DNA of 64,000 nt from Malacoraja senta (taxonomy: Eukaryota): positions 1 to 64,000 of the forward strand of contig JAXLNO010000461.1 of the NCBI GenBank assembly GCA_038087875.1. The letters run 5' to 3'. The notes under the pieces are model-generated. The model did not search any database, was not told the DNA's origin, and saw only the letters and a list, made by a program, of their open reading frames with translations. The position numbers were made by a program, and so were the translations under genes. Below are positions 12,591 to 24,751 of the stretch, one piece after another; positions within the stretch are counted from its first letter, which is position 1, and each line of letters begins with the position of its first letter.

Positions 12591-12974
12591 AAAATATGGG
12601 AGATGACTGACATGGCTGAAAGAAGGACCATGAAAGGTGACATATGGCTTTAGCTGCTGGATTACATTACCTGAGCACGTGGAACACAAGGAAGGATGTT
12701 ATTGTGATCTCTCTCTTCCACTTCTAAAACATTTACTTTTGAATTGCTAGTAAAACACAAAGTACTTGTGCTAACATAGGACTGAGATATGGACCTGGAA
12801 ACTGCCAACCAAATTCTGATGCCTCACCCAAGTGATGTTTTTTTTTTGTGAGTTTGGATGGAAAAGAGCCATTTCTCAAATTCCTTCCTCTACTTCACTC
12901 AACATGACATGACCTATACTTAGACCATCCTCTCATAAACATTTAGATTATTGGGAAATGAATCACAGTGATAG

Positions 12975-13322
12975 ACTCATAGAGTCATACTGCATGGACA
13001 CAGGCTGTTTATTCCAGCTACACTAGCTTACTCCAGCTACACTAGTCACACCTGCTTGCGTTTGGTCCATATCCTTCCAAACCTGTCCTATCCCATATAC
13101 CTGCCTAACTGTTTCTTAAATGTTGGAATAGTCCCAGCCTCAACTACCTCCTCTTGAAGTTTGTTCCATACACCCACCAACCTTTGTGTGAAAAAGTTGC
13201 CCCTCAGATTCCTATTCAATCTTTCCCCCTTCACCTTAAACCTATGTCCTCTGGTCCTCGATTCACCTACTCTGGGCAAGAGACTGTGTGCATCTACCCG
13301 ATCTGTTCCTCTCATGATTTTA
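12975..13322 (-). mobile_element. CR1 LINE 3' end
   Basis: ORF contains ESRTRGHRFKVKGER...FFTQRLVGVWNKL. Confidence 0.85.
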
Positions 13323-13407
13323 ATCAGGTGTTTGAATCACATGCATGACCACCAAAGTAATATAGGATAAGCGTAATTTATAAAATCTGTTTATTTCAGT
13401 TGAACAT

Positions 13408-13435
13408 CTGAAGAAGGGTCCCGACCCGAAACGTC
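13408..13435 (+). ncRNA. Minimal type-I hammerhead ribozyme core in a Penelope pLTR fragment
   Basis: CTGAAGA-A-GGGT(CCCG)ACCC-GAAA-CGTC gives the CUGANGA box, stem II, GAAA box and a GUC cleavage triplet. Stem I pairing is weak. Confidence 0.7.
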
Positions 13436-14773
13436 ACCTATTCCTTTTCTCCAGAGATGCTGCCTGACCTCCTGAGTTACTCCAGCATTTTGTGTCTATC
13501 TTCAAATATCATTTGGTATCCACATGCCTTCTCCATAAATCTGGCATTTCCTTTGCACAAGACTACTTATTGTGGAAGGCTTGTATCAAAAGAGAATAAT
13601 AAAAATCAGTGCTGCTACAGCAATGAAAGGCATTCAATCTTAGTGAAATGTTGCATTTGAATGTTTATGTCCATAAGTTCTAGGAGCGGAATAAGACTAT
13701 TTGGCCCATCAAGTCTACTCCGCCATTCAATCATGGCTGATCTATCTTTCCCTCTCAACCCCATTTTCCAGTCTTTGCCCAATAACCCTTGACCCCTTTT
13801 TGTTTTGTCCTTCTCCTGATTATTTTGAGAAGTTTATTAATCCATGTTCACTTGCTATGGATTCAATTTCCATGTAATACCTTTTGCTCGTTCTCCATAA
13901 TCTTCTAGAAAATTTCAGTGAACTCAGAAAAAAAACCCTGTAACTTTAATTTATGTAATTTTTTTTAGTTTTATGCAAGGGACTGCCTGAGAAATGGTAA
14001 AAGAATTTTAAGCCTCTGGCACTGCTATTTCTGTGCTTCTCTTAAGCTACATTACATTTATGTTTGTCATTGTTGAATGGTGACTTTACTGTAGTCACCA
14101 TATGTAATATTTTGCTTTTTATAATGTTATTGCTTGAAATCCAATCTGTCCAGTCCATTACTGAGAGTGTTCAGCATCTGATCGAAACAGAAATTAGTTG
14201 TATGCTGCTGTATGTTCTGGACAAAGTTATGGTCGTCTTGACAAATCAATTTGCAGGACACATTTTACATAGATAATAGCCCTTAAGATAAATAAAATAG
14301 CCCTATTCTTCATATCATTTTAACCCTAAAGTCCAAGGTTGTTACAAAGAAACTTGCAAGGTGACAGCCTTGCTGGCCTTGTGAGGTTTTTTTTGGCTGT
14401 TTCATCCGAAAGCAATGCATCTGGCAGCAAACAATGCATCAGGTGATCAATAAGGGTCAGAACCCAAAACGTCACCCATTCCTTCTCTCCAGAGATGCTG
14501 CTTGTACCACTGAGTTACTCCAGCAATTTGTGTCTATCTTCGGTGTAAACCAGCATCTGCAGTTCCTTCCTACAAAATGAAAATTGATATTTAGTTTGAG
14601 TAAGTCTACCTTTGGATTAAATATAACAGTTGTGCTATGGACTGATCTTTTGGCCTATCTAGAAAGATTTGCTTCAGGGTAATGTTTATGCATTGGCACT
14701 TACTGCTTTATTGATCAGGTTGGAACAAAGAATTTGACAGCGGGCAGCATTGATCAGGACTGTACTCATATCA

Positions 14774-15180
14774 TGTGTAGGAAGGAACTGCAGATGCTGG
14801 TTTACACCGAAGATAGACACATAATGCTGGAGTAATGCACATTATGCACAAGAAGATAGACACATAATGCAGGCAGCATCTCTGGAGAAAAGGAACAGGT
14901 GATGTTTTGGGTTGAGGCCCTTCTTCAGAATGAGAGTCAGGGGAGAGGGAGACAAAGAGATAACCAAGTGTAGGGTGTGAAAACGAGATATCAAAGGGGA
15001 TGATGTTCAAATAAAATGTAGAATAGATCATTGTTAGCTAGGAGAAGGTGGCAACGAAGCATACAGAGATAAAATTTAATCAGGGGGACAGTCAGACTGA
15101 TCGGAGAACTGGGAAGGGGAGGGATGGAGAGTGAGGGAAAGCAAGAGTTACCTGAAGTTAGAGAAGTCAATATACTCAAT
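14774..15180 (-). mobile_element. Penelope-like 3' end/pLTR with mutated hammerhead
   Basis: The reverse complement reads ctgaagaagggcctcaacccaaaacatc followed by ccagagatgctgcc. Confidence 0.75.
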
Positions 15181-15667
15181 GAACTCATAACATTTCCACT
15201 CCCTGCTCAAAATTTCAGCAGATGAGCATTATGCACTGATGTTAATCATGATTAGGCTGATAGTGTGCTAAATCATTTAAAGGTAATCACAACCAGCCTG
15301 CTGAAAGAAAAAATCAATTTTACATTCATTTGGATAAAAACCAAACAGGCGAGCTGTAAAAATGAAACAATTCAAGTAGAAAATCAGCCCCTCGTGTTAC
15401 CGGTCCTTACAGCTTAGTTTTGGGGTGATCTAGGCGCTGTATCTGTTTCAAATTGGCCTCTCAAGTGCCCAGGTACAGCTGTGCCATGAAACGTGATGCA
15501 TGTCATATTAGTTGGAGAACTGGTGCATGCAAAAAATGTGATGACTTGGCAGATCATAAAAGAAAACAGCAGGCAACGCTGATCTCAGCACTGCCATTTT
15601 GGAGCTCAGTGCTCCAATTAATGATAAGGAATGAAATTCAGTCCCTTGCGAGGGATGACATAGAATC

Positions 15668-15807
15668 TTCTTCTTCTTGCGTATGGTGTGCACAGCCTAA
15701 AGTTGTAGGACAACTTGTTCTATTAGATCTTATTTGATTGTGCACGCCGGGTTGATTGCATTCGTCGAAACAGGGCGGACCACGTGAAGGTTGCAATCTT
15801 CCACCCC
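15668..15807 (-). mobile_element. 140-bp retroposon or 3' end with (AAG)n tail, probably RTE-mobilised
   Basis: 10-bp TSD ACATAGAATC at 15658-15667 and 15808-15817; (TTC)n at the left end. Confidence 0.75.
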
Positions 15808-15833
15808 ACATAGAATCAGGAGATGTAGAGTCA

Positions 15834-16153
15834 CAGCCCTGTCCCACGGTACGAGTTCATTCCAAGAGCTCTCCCGAGTTTTAAAAAAATCAAACTCGTG
15901 GTAAGCACGGAGAATGAACGTAGCGGGTACATCGGTGCTCGGGGATGTCTCTTAGCACTAACGGCAGGTACTCGGGAAGACTCGCTAATGGCAGGTAAGC
16001 ACGGGAAGACTCGTGAAGATTTTTCAACATGATGAAAAATGTCCATGAGAGCCCCGAGTACCGACGAGTGGCCATTACCGTAAATCTCCGAGTTCGAATC
16101 AGGGCAAACTCGGGAAAACTCTTGGAATGAACTCGTACTGTGGCACAGGGGTT
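15834..16153. mobile_element. PIF/Harbinger-type MITE
   Basis: ~55-bp TIRs (ccctgtcccacggtacgagttcattccaagag / ctcttggaatgaactcgtactgtggcacaggg) and TSD TCA. Removing it restores CR1 gatgtagagtcagtatgg. Confidence 0.85.
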
Positions 16154-18491
16154 TCAGTATGGATAGAACTGAGGAATTGTAAGGGTAAAAATACCCTAAT
16201 GGGAGTAATCTACAGGCCCCCAAACAGTAGCCTGGATATTGGGTGCAAGTTGAATCAAGAGTTTAAATTGGCATGTCGCAAAGGTAATGCTACAGCAGTT
16301 ATGGGAGATTTCAACATGCAGGTCGACTGAAAAATCAGGTTGGTACTGAACCCCAAGAAAGGGAGTTTGTGGAGTACCTCTGAGATGGATTCTTAGAGCA
16401 GCTTGTACTGGAACCTACACTTGAAGACAGAAACGGGTAAATTTATTATGGGGAACAAGGAAATGGCAGAATAGTTTAACATGTACTTTGGATCTGTCTT
16501 CACTAAGGAAGATACAAACAATATCCCAGGTGTACTAGTGGCCAGAGGACCTAGGGTGACAGAGGAACTGAAGGAAATTCACATTAGGCAGGAAATGGTG
16601 TTGGGTAGACTGATGGGACTGAAAGCTGATAAATCCCCAGGGCCTGATGGTCTACATCCCAGGGTACTTAAGGAAATGGCTCTAGAAATCGTGGATGCAT
16701 TGGTGATCACAGGATCAGTTCCTGTGGATTGGAGGGTAGCTAATGTTATCCCACTTTTTAAGAAAGGAGGGAAAAAGAAAACAGGGGATTATAGACCAAT
16801 TAGCCTGACATCGGTGTTGGGGAAGATGCTGGAGTCAATCATAAAAGATGAAATAGCGACACATTTGGATAGCAGTAACAGGATCGATCCAAGTCAGCAT
16901 GGATTTACGAAGGGAAAATCATGCTTGAATAATCTTCTGGAATTTTTTGAGGATGTAACAAGAAAAATGGGCAAGGGAGAGCCCGTGGATGTAGTGTACC
17001 TGGACTTTTAGAAAGCCTTTGATAAGGTCACACAGGAGATTAGTGGGCAAAATTAGAACACATGGTATTGGGGGTCGGGTACTTACATGGATAGAAAATT
17101 GGTTGGCAGACAGGAAACAAAGAGTATAGATTAACGGGTCCCTTTCAGAATGGCAGGCAGTGACTAATGGTGTATCGCAATGCTCGGTGCTGGGACTGTA
17201 GCTATTTACAATATACATTAATGATTTAGATGATGGGATTATAAGTAACATTAGCAAATTTGCAGATGACACAAAGCTGGGTGGCAGTGTGAACTGTGAG
17301 GAGGATGCTATGAGGATGCAGGGTGACTTGGACAGGTTGGGTGAGTGGGCAGATGCATGGCAGAAGCAGTATAATGTGGATAAATGTGAGGTTATCCACT
17401 TTGGTGGCAAGAACAGGAAGGCAGATTATGATCTGAATTATGTCAAGTTAGGAAAAGGGGAAGTACAGCGAGATCTGGGTGTGCTTGTTCATCAGTCACT
17501 GAAAGTAAGCATGCCGGTACAGCAGGCAGTGAAGAAAGCTAATGGCATGTTGGCTTTCATGACGATAGGAGTTGAGTATAGGAGTAAAGAGGTCCTTCTG
17601 CAGTTGTACAGGGCCCTAGTGAGACCACACCTGGAGTATTGTGAGCAGTCTTGGTCTCCAAATTTGCAGAAGGCCATTCTTGCTATTGAGGGAGTGCAGC
17701 GTAGGTTCACGAGGTTCACGGGATGGCGGAACTGTCATATGTTGAAAGAATGGAGTGACTGAGCTAGTATGCACTGAAATTTAGAAGGATGAGAGGTTAT
17801 CTTATTGAAACATATAAGATTATTAAGGGATTGGACATGCTAGAGGCAGGAAATATGTTCCCGATGTTGTGGGAGTCCAGAACCAGGGGCCACAGTTTAA
17901 GAATAAGGGGTAGCCCATTTAGAATGTAGATGAGGAAAAACTTGTTCACCCAGGGAGTTGTGAATCTGTGGAATTCTCTGCCTCAGAAGGCAGTAGAGGT
18001 CAATTCTCTGGATGCTTTCAAGAGAGAGTTAGATAGAGCTCTTAAAGATAGCATAGTCAAGGGATATGGGGAGAAGGCAGGAACGGGGTACTGATTGTGG
18101 ATGATCAGCCAAGATCAAAGTGAATGGCGGTGCTGTCTCGAAGGGCCGACTGGCCTACTCCTGCACCTATTGTCTATTGCCTATTGTCTATTAATGCAAC
18201 TAATCTCATTCAGCTGAGTACCTATTCAACAGCTACAAAGCCCCACCAGATCCATTTAAAAGGATAGGAGAGGTTTGGAGGGATATGGGCACTAGCTTGG
18301 ATGGGACATCTTAGTCGGCATGGACTAGTTTGGACAAAGGGCCTATTTCCATACTCTGACTCTATGACACTATGATCATCAACAATTTAAAAAACTATCA
18401 CAAAACGATCTGGTGCCCAGAGACAATGCCTACAGATATTGATGCAGTATTTGCCAAAGGACTTTGTTACAACCTCAAGCCCTGTGCCTAA

Positions 18492-18843
18492 AGGGCCTGT
18501 CCCACTGTACGAGGTAATTCACGAGTTCTCCCGAGTTTTCCCCTGATTCAAACTCGGAGAATGTCCGTAGCGGGTCCGTAGGAGTTTGTGGATGTCTCGT
18601 AGCGGCTCGTACGAGTAACAGTAGGTACTCGGGAAATCCGGTAAACTCGTGATGTTTTTTTCAACACTGTGAAAAATGTCCACGAGTAAAAAAATACTCG
18701 TGATGAATTGTTACTTTTGACTCGTATGAGCCGCTACGAGACATCCACGAACTCCTACGGACCGCTACGGACATTCTCCAAGTTCGAATCAGGGGAAAAC
18801 TCGGGAGATCTCTTGAATTACCTCGTACAGTGGGACAGGCCCT
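18492..18843. mobile_element. PIF/Harbinger-type MITE, almost fully palindromic
   Basis: AGGGCCTGTCCCACTGTACGAGGTAATTC...GAATTACCTCGTACAGTGGGACAGGCCCT with TIRs of more than 120 bp; TAA/TCA flanks. Confidence 0.88.
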
Positions 18844-19334
18844 TCAACCAATATAGGGTTCTTATATAGGGATACTTGAGTGGATGTTTACCTTTATCTA
18901 CAAAGTGAATAGGAGAATGAATGGAGGACATGCTGAATACAGACAAAGTTTGATGGCGGAGAGAGAAAAGGAGTCATATTCACCCAGGGTGTTTTGGAAG
19001 CAATTTTCTGACCTGAAGCTCTGAGATAAACTATGTGTGAGGGTGCTTAGCTTTCCTGGGAATGTGAGGTCTTCCTCGGTTAAAACGTTCACCAGTTTTA
19101 GTCACAACTCAAGTCCTAGAGAAGGCTAATATGATCAATACCAGTGGTTGCCAAGTAATTATCAACCATTATTTTGAGTTTGTTTTAAACTGGATTTGGA
19201 GAATTTTGTGAAATCTTAGTTTGCCTTCCACTATTACATAAGTGAAGTCACAAATATCTCTAAAGTGTAAAGATTTTAAGTGACTGGTTTCTGAGAGGTT
19301 GTTCTACCACCCAACATCAAGCTCAGGTTCTCTC

Positions 19335-19860
19335 ATGCATCCCACCTGTTCCATTTAGAGAGCGCGGGAGGGGGGGAGAGAAGGGTAGAGAAGGGGAAGA
19401 GAAGGGAAGAGAGAAGGGGGTAGAGAAAGGGGGAGAGAAGGGGAGAGAAGTGGGGTGAAGGGAAGAGAAGGGGGGGGGGAGAAGGAGTGGAGACAGTTGT
19501 AAGAAGTTTAATAAAGTTAGCGGGCATTTTACCTTCCGGTAGGTCCTTCTAGGTCATGAAAACTCCAATGAGCCAATCAAAATGTCCGGTCAGCGAAGGA
19601 GATTGCCTTCGACTGCCTGTAAGTAAATAGCGACCCCACTCCACTGGCTTCGACCAAACAGCAACCTATTTTTAGTCGAGGCCGGCTTTGATTTTGTTGA
19701 AATAATCGAAGGAACATAGAAGAAACCTCAACCATGTGGAAACCACTTTCGACCATTAGGGAGAGTGACCAAAATCTCCGGGAACCACATGGAAACCTTG
19801 GGTGGGGCGCAAGGTCACTAGAGGTTTTCGTTCAGGTTTCCTAAGTGGGACAGGGGCATT
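19335..19860. mobile_element. Partial Harbinger-type element with a purine-rich (GAGAAGGG)n tract
   Basis: Right end AAGTGGGACAGGGGCAT resembles the TIRs of the two MITEs above; left TIR not identifiable. Confidence 0.5.
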
Positions 19861-20152
19861 AGATTTTAGAGATACAGCGCAGAAACCGGCCTTTCAACCC
19901 ACCGAGTCCGCACCGACCAGCTATCATCTCGTACACAAACCTACACACCTGGGCCAATTTTACAATGTTTGCAACTTACCAAAGCCAAATAACCTACAAA
20001 CTTAAACGTATTTGGAGTGTGGGAGGAAACCGGAGCACCCTGAGAAAACCTACATGATCACAGGGAGAACATACAAACCCCGTATAGACAGCATCCATAG
20101 TCAGGATCGAACCTGGATCTCTGGCGTTCTAAGGCAGCAACTCTATCGCTAA
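19861..20152 (-). mobile_element. V-SINE/HE1-like SINE
   Basis: Reverse-complement similarity to the SINE at 9704 (ggatcgaacc B-box; gtgggaggaaaccggagcacc core). Confidence 0.8.
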
Positions 20153-21840
20153 CCCGAATCTGTTCAAGGACAGACTGCTGCACCACTGTTGAATACTTGT
20201 AAGCCCATTTGGATGTTGATGTTCAAAGCTGTGATGACAGCAGACTGAGCTTTCAGACATTTCATGGCTTGTGCTGCAAGTAAAAGTGGGGCATTGGGCA
20301 TCCGAGATTTTACCACAGTTGAGTCCCTGTGTGTTCATTAACATACAGGCATTCAATAGTGGTAAAATCTCTGTTGCCCAATGCCCCACTTTTCCTTGGT
20401 GATGGTGAGTTACTCGCCATTTCCATGCTGGAAAGAATGGTCTTCGGGTTCTGCTCTGAGTCTCCTGTCGAGTCAATGGTGCATCTACGAATCCTCCACA
20501 CAAGCTTAATGGCTACCTACTAAATGCATCAAGAATTTCATTCTGTATTTCCTCAACTTATTTAGTTGTCTATTTCAGTCACCATTAGATGTACATTGCT
20601 TGGCTACACATAATATATACCTTAATAATCTTGAAAATCACATTCACATCAGTTAACCGAAGGAAAATCTTAAATGGATATTCACATGATTCATTGAACA
20701 GCGTTATAATGTGCCTAAACCTTTAAACTTCGAACAACTGCACTTGCAATGAAATATGTGTTCCCATTGTAGCTTAATCTGAAAAAATACAGTTAGTTTT
20801 TTTCAAAATGCTTTCCTCTTTCTGAGGACGAGCTGTTATTAAAATGATTGGTGCAAATTGAACACCAGCACTTTGGAGTTACTTGTACCTATTCTTCATT
20901 TACATTTTGTGGTCTACAACAATCTATACAGTAGACTGAAAGAATCATAAGATGTTACTGGTTTGTTAATTAACGAGCCTAACTGTGGATACTTGCAAAT
21001 GTACAGTAAAAACAAAAGAATCCTTCAGGCATGATTTTTGCTTGGCATTGCTTTTCTTTATCCATGATATTATTCCTGAAGACACTGTTGTTTGATTTGC
21101 TGGGTTTCTGTAAAGTCTTCTGGTACACTTGTGCAATTTGTATGCTAATTCAGTTCTGGCAGCCATTGCAAAAGTCACCAGTATTTACTTTGTGGCGCCG
21201 AGCAGTGGATGAGGATATATGGAGATTAGTGATTCTCATAATTTTCAAATCAAGTTTTAACTTTGAAAGCAGCAAAAAAAGCCCCAAGACACCAGAAATC
21301 AAACAGTGACAGGAAATACTGGAAGTGCTCAGATGTTCAAAAATAAAATAATAAGCATGTTGGACAATCTCCTCAGATCAGGCAGCATCTGTGAAGGGAA
21401 CATATTAGATGTGCTTTAGCCAAGAAGTCCACATTTAAAATGTTAATTCACTCGTTTTTTTCTGCTTGATGGAAATGTTCAACAAAAAGAAGAATATTAA
21501 AACGTTGTCAAATATTTCTCTGTAATGACAGCATAATTTTAACTGGCATGCACACCAGAACCGTTACATATTATAAAAATGTCTTTCTTGACAGAGACCT
21601 AGTAAATCTATTAAAAAAGAAGCAAAAGCATTACCAATCACTAAAGGCACCACCATCACTTTCTGAATAAACAGACATCCAACTGTCTCAGGAAGCTGTT
21701 GTCTTGTCAGTGGTTATTTTTATATCAAAACGAAGAATACAACAGTCCATTTAGTGTCAATTTTTAGAAAACTGTGTGAAGGAGTCTGACAAAATTTATT
21801 GTACTTATGCAAAAGTAATTTGGGGAAAATTATAATGATT

Positions 21841-22395
21841 CTTTTCTTTCTTTTAAAATCTTTTTATTCTTTTTTTTTCAAAAACAAAAACAAAACAACA
21901 AAAGAATAATGATAAACATAACAATGATATTGATACATAGGGAACAGGATTACATTAATAACAGGTATAACATAAATATGAGTCCAGTGCCAAAATACAC
22001 ATTGAATATAGACCTCCTGGTCTCTATGTAAATATAGTTAAATGTTTAAAAGAAAACATATATATTTTTTTTTAAAGATAAAAAGAAAAAAAAGAAAAAA
22101 AAGAAAAAAAAGAGAAAAAAGGAAAAAACAAAACCTCCCTAAACTAGAAAAAAAAAAGCAAAACAGAATCTGGGCTGCAAAGAATTTCACAGTCCCTGTT
22201 TATCATCAAGTCCGTTCCACCATATAAATGTAAAATAATTATTATAACGGTTGGAGAGGGGACAATTTATGTTGTGTGAAAGTGTTGAATAAATCTTCCC
22301 CAAGTCCTATTAAATTTAACCAAGGGTTCAACAATGTCACTCCTAATGTTTTCTAAATTTAAACATGATATCGTTTCAGAGTACCAATGGAGTGT
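21841..22395 (-). mobile_element. L1-clade LINE 3' end
   Basis: Minus translation WYSETISCLNLENIR...KFNRTWGRFIQ resembles the fish-type L1 ORF2 C-terminus; T-rich 3' UTR, AATAAA and A-rich tail. Confidence 0.65.
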
Positions 22396-22477
22396 ATAAT
22401 GATTCATTTATAGGTTGTCCTTCATAGAATCGGTTTTATATTTCATTGTGACATGTCTGAGTATTTTTCATTTAAGT

Positions 22478-22735
22478 ATTGATTGATTGATTGATTGAAA
22501 GATACAGAATAGACTCGGCCCTTCGGCCTGCAGAGTCCACACCGACCATTAATCACTGATTCACACATAACAATAATGTCACGAAGGACAATTTCAGTGG
22601 CTAATTGACTTCCAAACCCACACGTCAGTGTTGTGGGAGGAAACTGAAGCACCCAGATGAAACCCATAATTTCACAGGAAGAAAGTGAAAACTCCACACA
22701 GGCAGCACCCGAGTTCAGGATTGAACCCAAGACCC
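22478..22735 (-). mobile_element. V-SINE-like SINE with (TCAA)n tail; head displaced to ~23722-23742
   Basis: gtgggaggaaactgaagcacc core, aggattgaaccc B-box, and gctgtgccactgtgctg after the Rex1 insertion. Confidence 0.7.
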
Positions 22736-23721
22736 GCAAACACTCAGCATAGGAGCACCGCAAGGCTGCATACTCTCTCCTCTCCTCTACTCTCTCTACA
22801 CCAACGACTGCACCTCCACAGACACCTCTGTCAAGCTTCTCAAGTTTGCGGACGACACAACCCTGATTGGACTGATCCAGGATGGGGAGGAATCTGCCTA
22901 CAGACAGGAAGTGTCACAGCTGGCGTCCTGGTGCCGTCGCAACAACCTGGAGCTCAATGCTCTTAAGACAGTGGAATTGATTGTAGACTTTAGGAGAGCT
23001 CCCCCTTACCTCACCCCACTCACCATTAACAACACCACAGTCACATCTGTGGAGTCTTTTAAGTTCCTGGGAACCATCATCTCCAAGGACCTTAAGTCGG
23101 GGGCTACCATCGACTCCACAGTCAAAAAGGCACATCAGAGGATGTACTTCCTAAGGCAGCTGAGGAAGCACAATCTGCCACAGGCAATGATGGTCCAATC
23201 CTACACGTCCATCGTAGAGTCTGTCCACACCTTCTCCATCATGGTCTGGTTTGGCTCAGCCACCAAGCACGGCACCTGGAGGCTGCAGCAAATCATCCGA
23301 TCAGCAGAGAAGGTTATTGGCTGCAACCTTCCCTCCATTGATGAACTGTACACTGCAAGGGCCAGGAAGCGAGCGGGCAAGATCACCTCTGACCCCTCTC
23401 ACCCTGCCCACAAACTCTTTGAATCACTTCCCTCTGGAAGGCGACTCTGGACTGTCAAAGCTGCCACATCCAGACATAAAAACAGATTTTATCCTACTCC
23501 AGCCAAAAATCTGTAGCCTCCCTTTGATCTGGTATGTTGTTGGTTCACATGCTTGATCAATGGTGTTTTATCATTAATGTTTTATTATTATTAATGTTTA
23601 GTGTTTTCTGAGTCATTCGTAACTGTCACTGTATGTCATGTTTTTACTTGTGGGCAGATCACCAAGGCAAATTCCTTGTATGTGAATACTTGGCCAATAA
23701 ACTTACTTACTTACTTACTTA
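22736..23721 (+). mobile_element. Rex1/Babar-type LINE, 5'-truncated (RT C-terminal half, 3' UTR, (ACTT)n tail)
   Basis: GAPQGC.LSPLLYSLYTND, KFADD, WCRRNNLELNALKTVELIVDFRR, FKFLGTII, DPSHPAHKLFESLPSGRR; AATAAA followed by (ACTT)n. Confidence 0.9.
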
Positions 23722-24751
23722 CAGCTGTGCCACTGTGCTGTCGTGTTAATAACCAGCTGCGATAGTCAGAACAGGGTCTCTTTTGACATAATAGGCATGA
23801 CGTTCCTGCTGGAGATCCACATCCTAGACTCACATTTATCTTCTGGGGATAAGATAGTTCTGTAATTTAAATTGCAGCAATTAAAGCACTGAACTGACTG
23901 ATTCTTGACAAACAAAACCACATTCCAGCTTTTGGCACCTTTAATTATAGTCCCACCAACTGATCTATCTCTGCTTTCTGAACTAGCATTTTCTTCTCTT
24001 ATTTCTTGCTGGTCATCCCTCCATGGACTGATTAACACACAAACTGTTGATGGTGGATTCCACTGAATCAGGTAATTCTGGAATTGATGAAATATTGCAA
24101 TGTAATTTGTATGGATGTAAACTGCAGCCATGTTAGCACAGTGAAGAAGGTCCTGAATATCTACGATTGGGGATACGGTACAAAACAAATGGGCTTGTGT
24201 GTCCTGGATGATGTTGATCTTCTTAAAATGTTGCTAAAATGTCACTCATCTGGACACATGGAGAATATCCTTTTATACTCTGAGCGTGTGCTTTGCAGGT
24301 TCTTATCCCTGGGAACATTCCGTTGAGTCATTTGCCACAAACAAAATCTGCCTCCCATCTGGTTCATCCACAGTTAGAAAGTGGTCAACAGGTCTGTCTG
24401 GTCTTTGCAGAAATGGTGGGGAACAAAGTGGTTTACAGGAAGGAGAGACTAAAAGAAATTAGTACTGGCAAAGTACTACCAGAGAAATTAATGGCATCGA
24501 AATCTCTGGAGTTTGATCATTTATATCTTAGATAACTAGATAAACAGCCATGGAAATAGGAGATGCATTGATAGTTAGCTTACAAACTTTTAACAAATTA
24601 TTGAATAGTTTCTGCAGGTTGAGATGGGAGAGAGGTGGTTGTGTGAGTGAATGTATCCCCATTACTGAAGAAAGGGATATAGAGGACAGAAAACTATTGA
24701 TAGTTAGTCTAATTTCAGTGGTAGGAAAAATGCCAAAATCTATTATAATAG

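Larger units (their letters stand above)
15630..18192 (+). mobile_element. CR1 LINE ORF2 pseudogene (APE fragment, internal deletion, RT, 3' UTR, (CTATTGT)n tail) with two nested insertions
   Basis: GVIYRPPN and MGDFN (APE); KSPGPDGLHPRVLKE, YRPISLTS, QHGFTKGKSC, VYLDF, KFADDTK, YRALVRPHLEY; multiple stops. Confidence 0.95.

Noticed and set aside
22042..22227. Lys/Arg-rich ORF resembling a nuclear localisation signal
   Set aside because: Translation of the A-rich complement of an L1-type 3' UTR.
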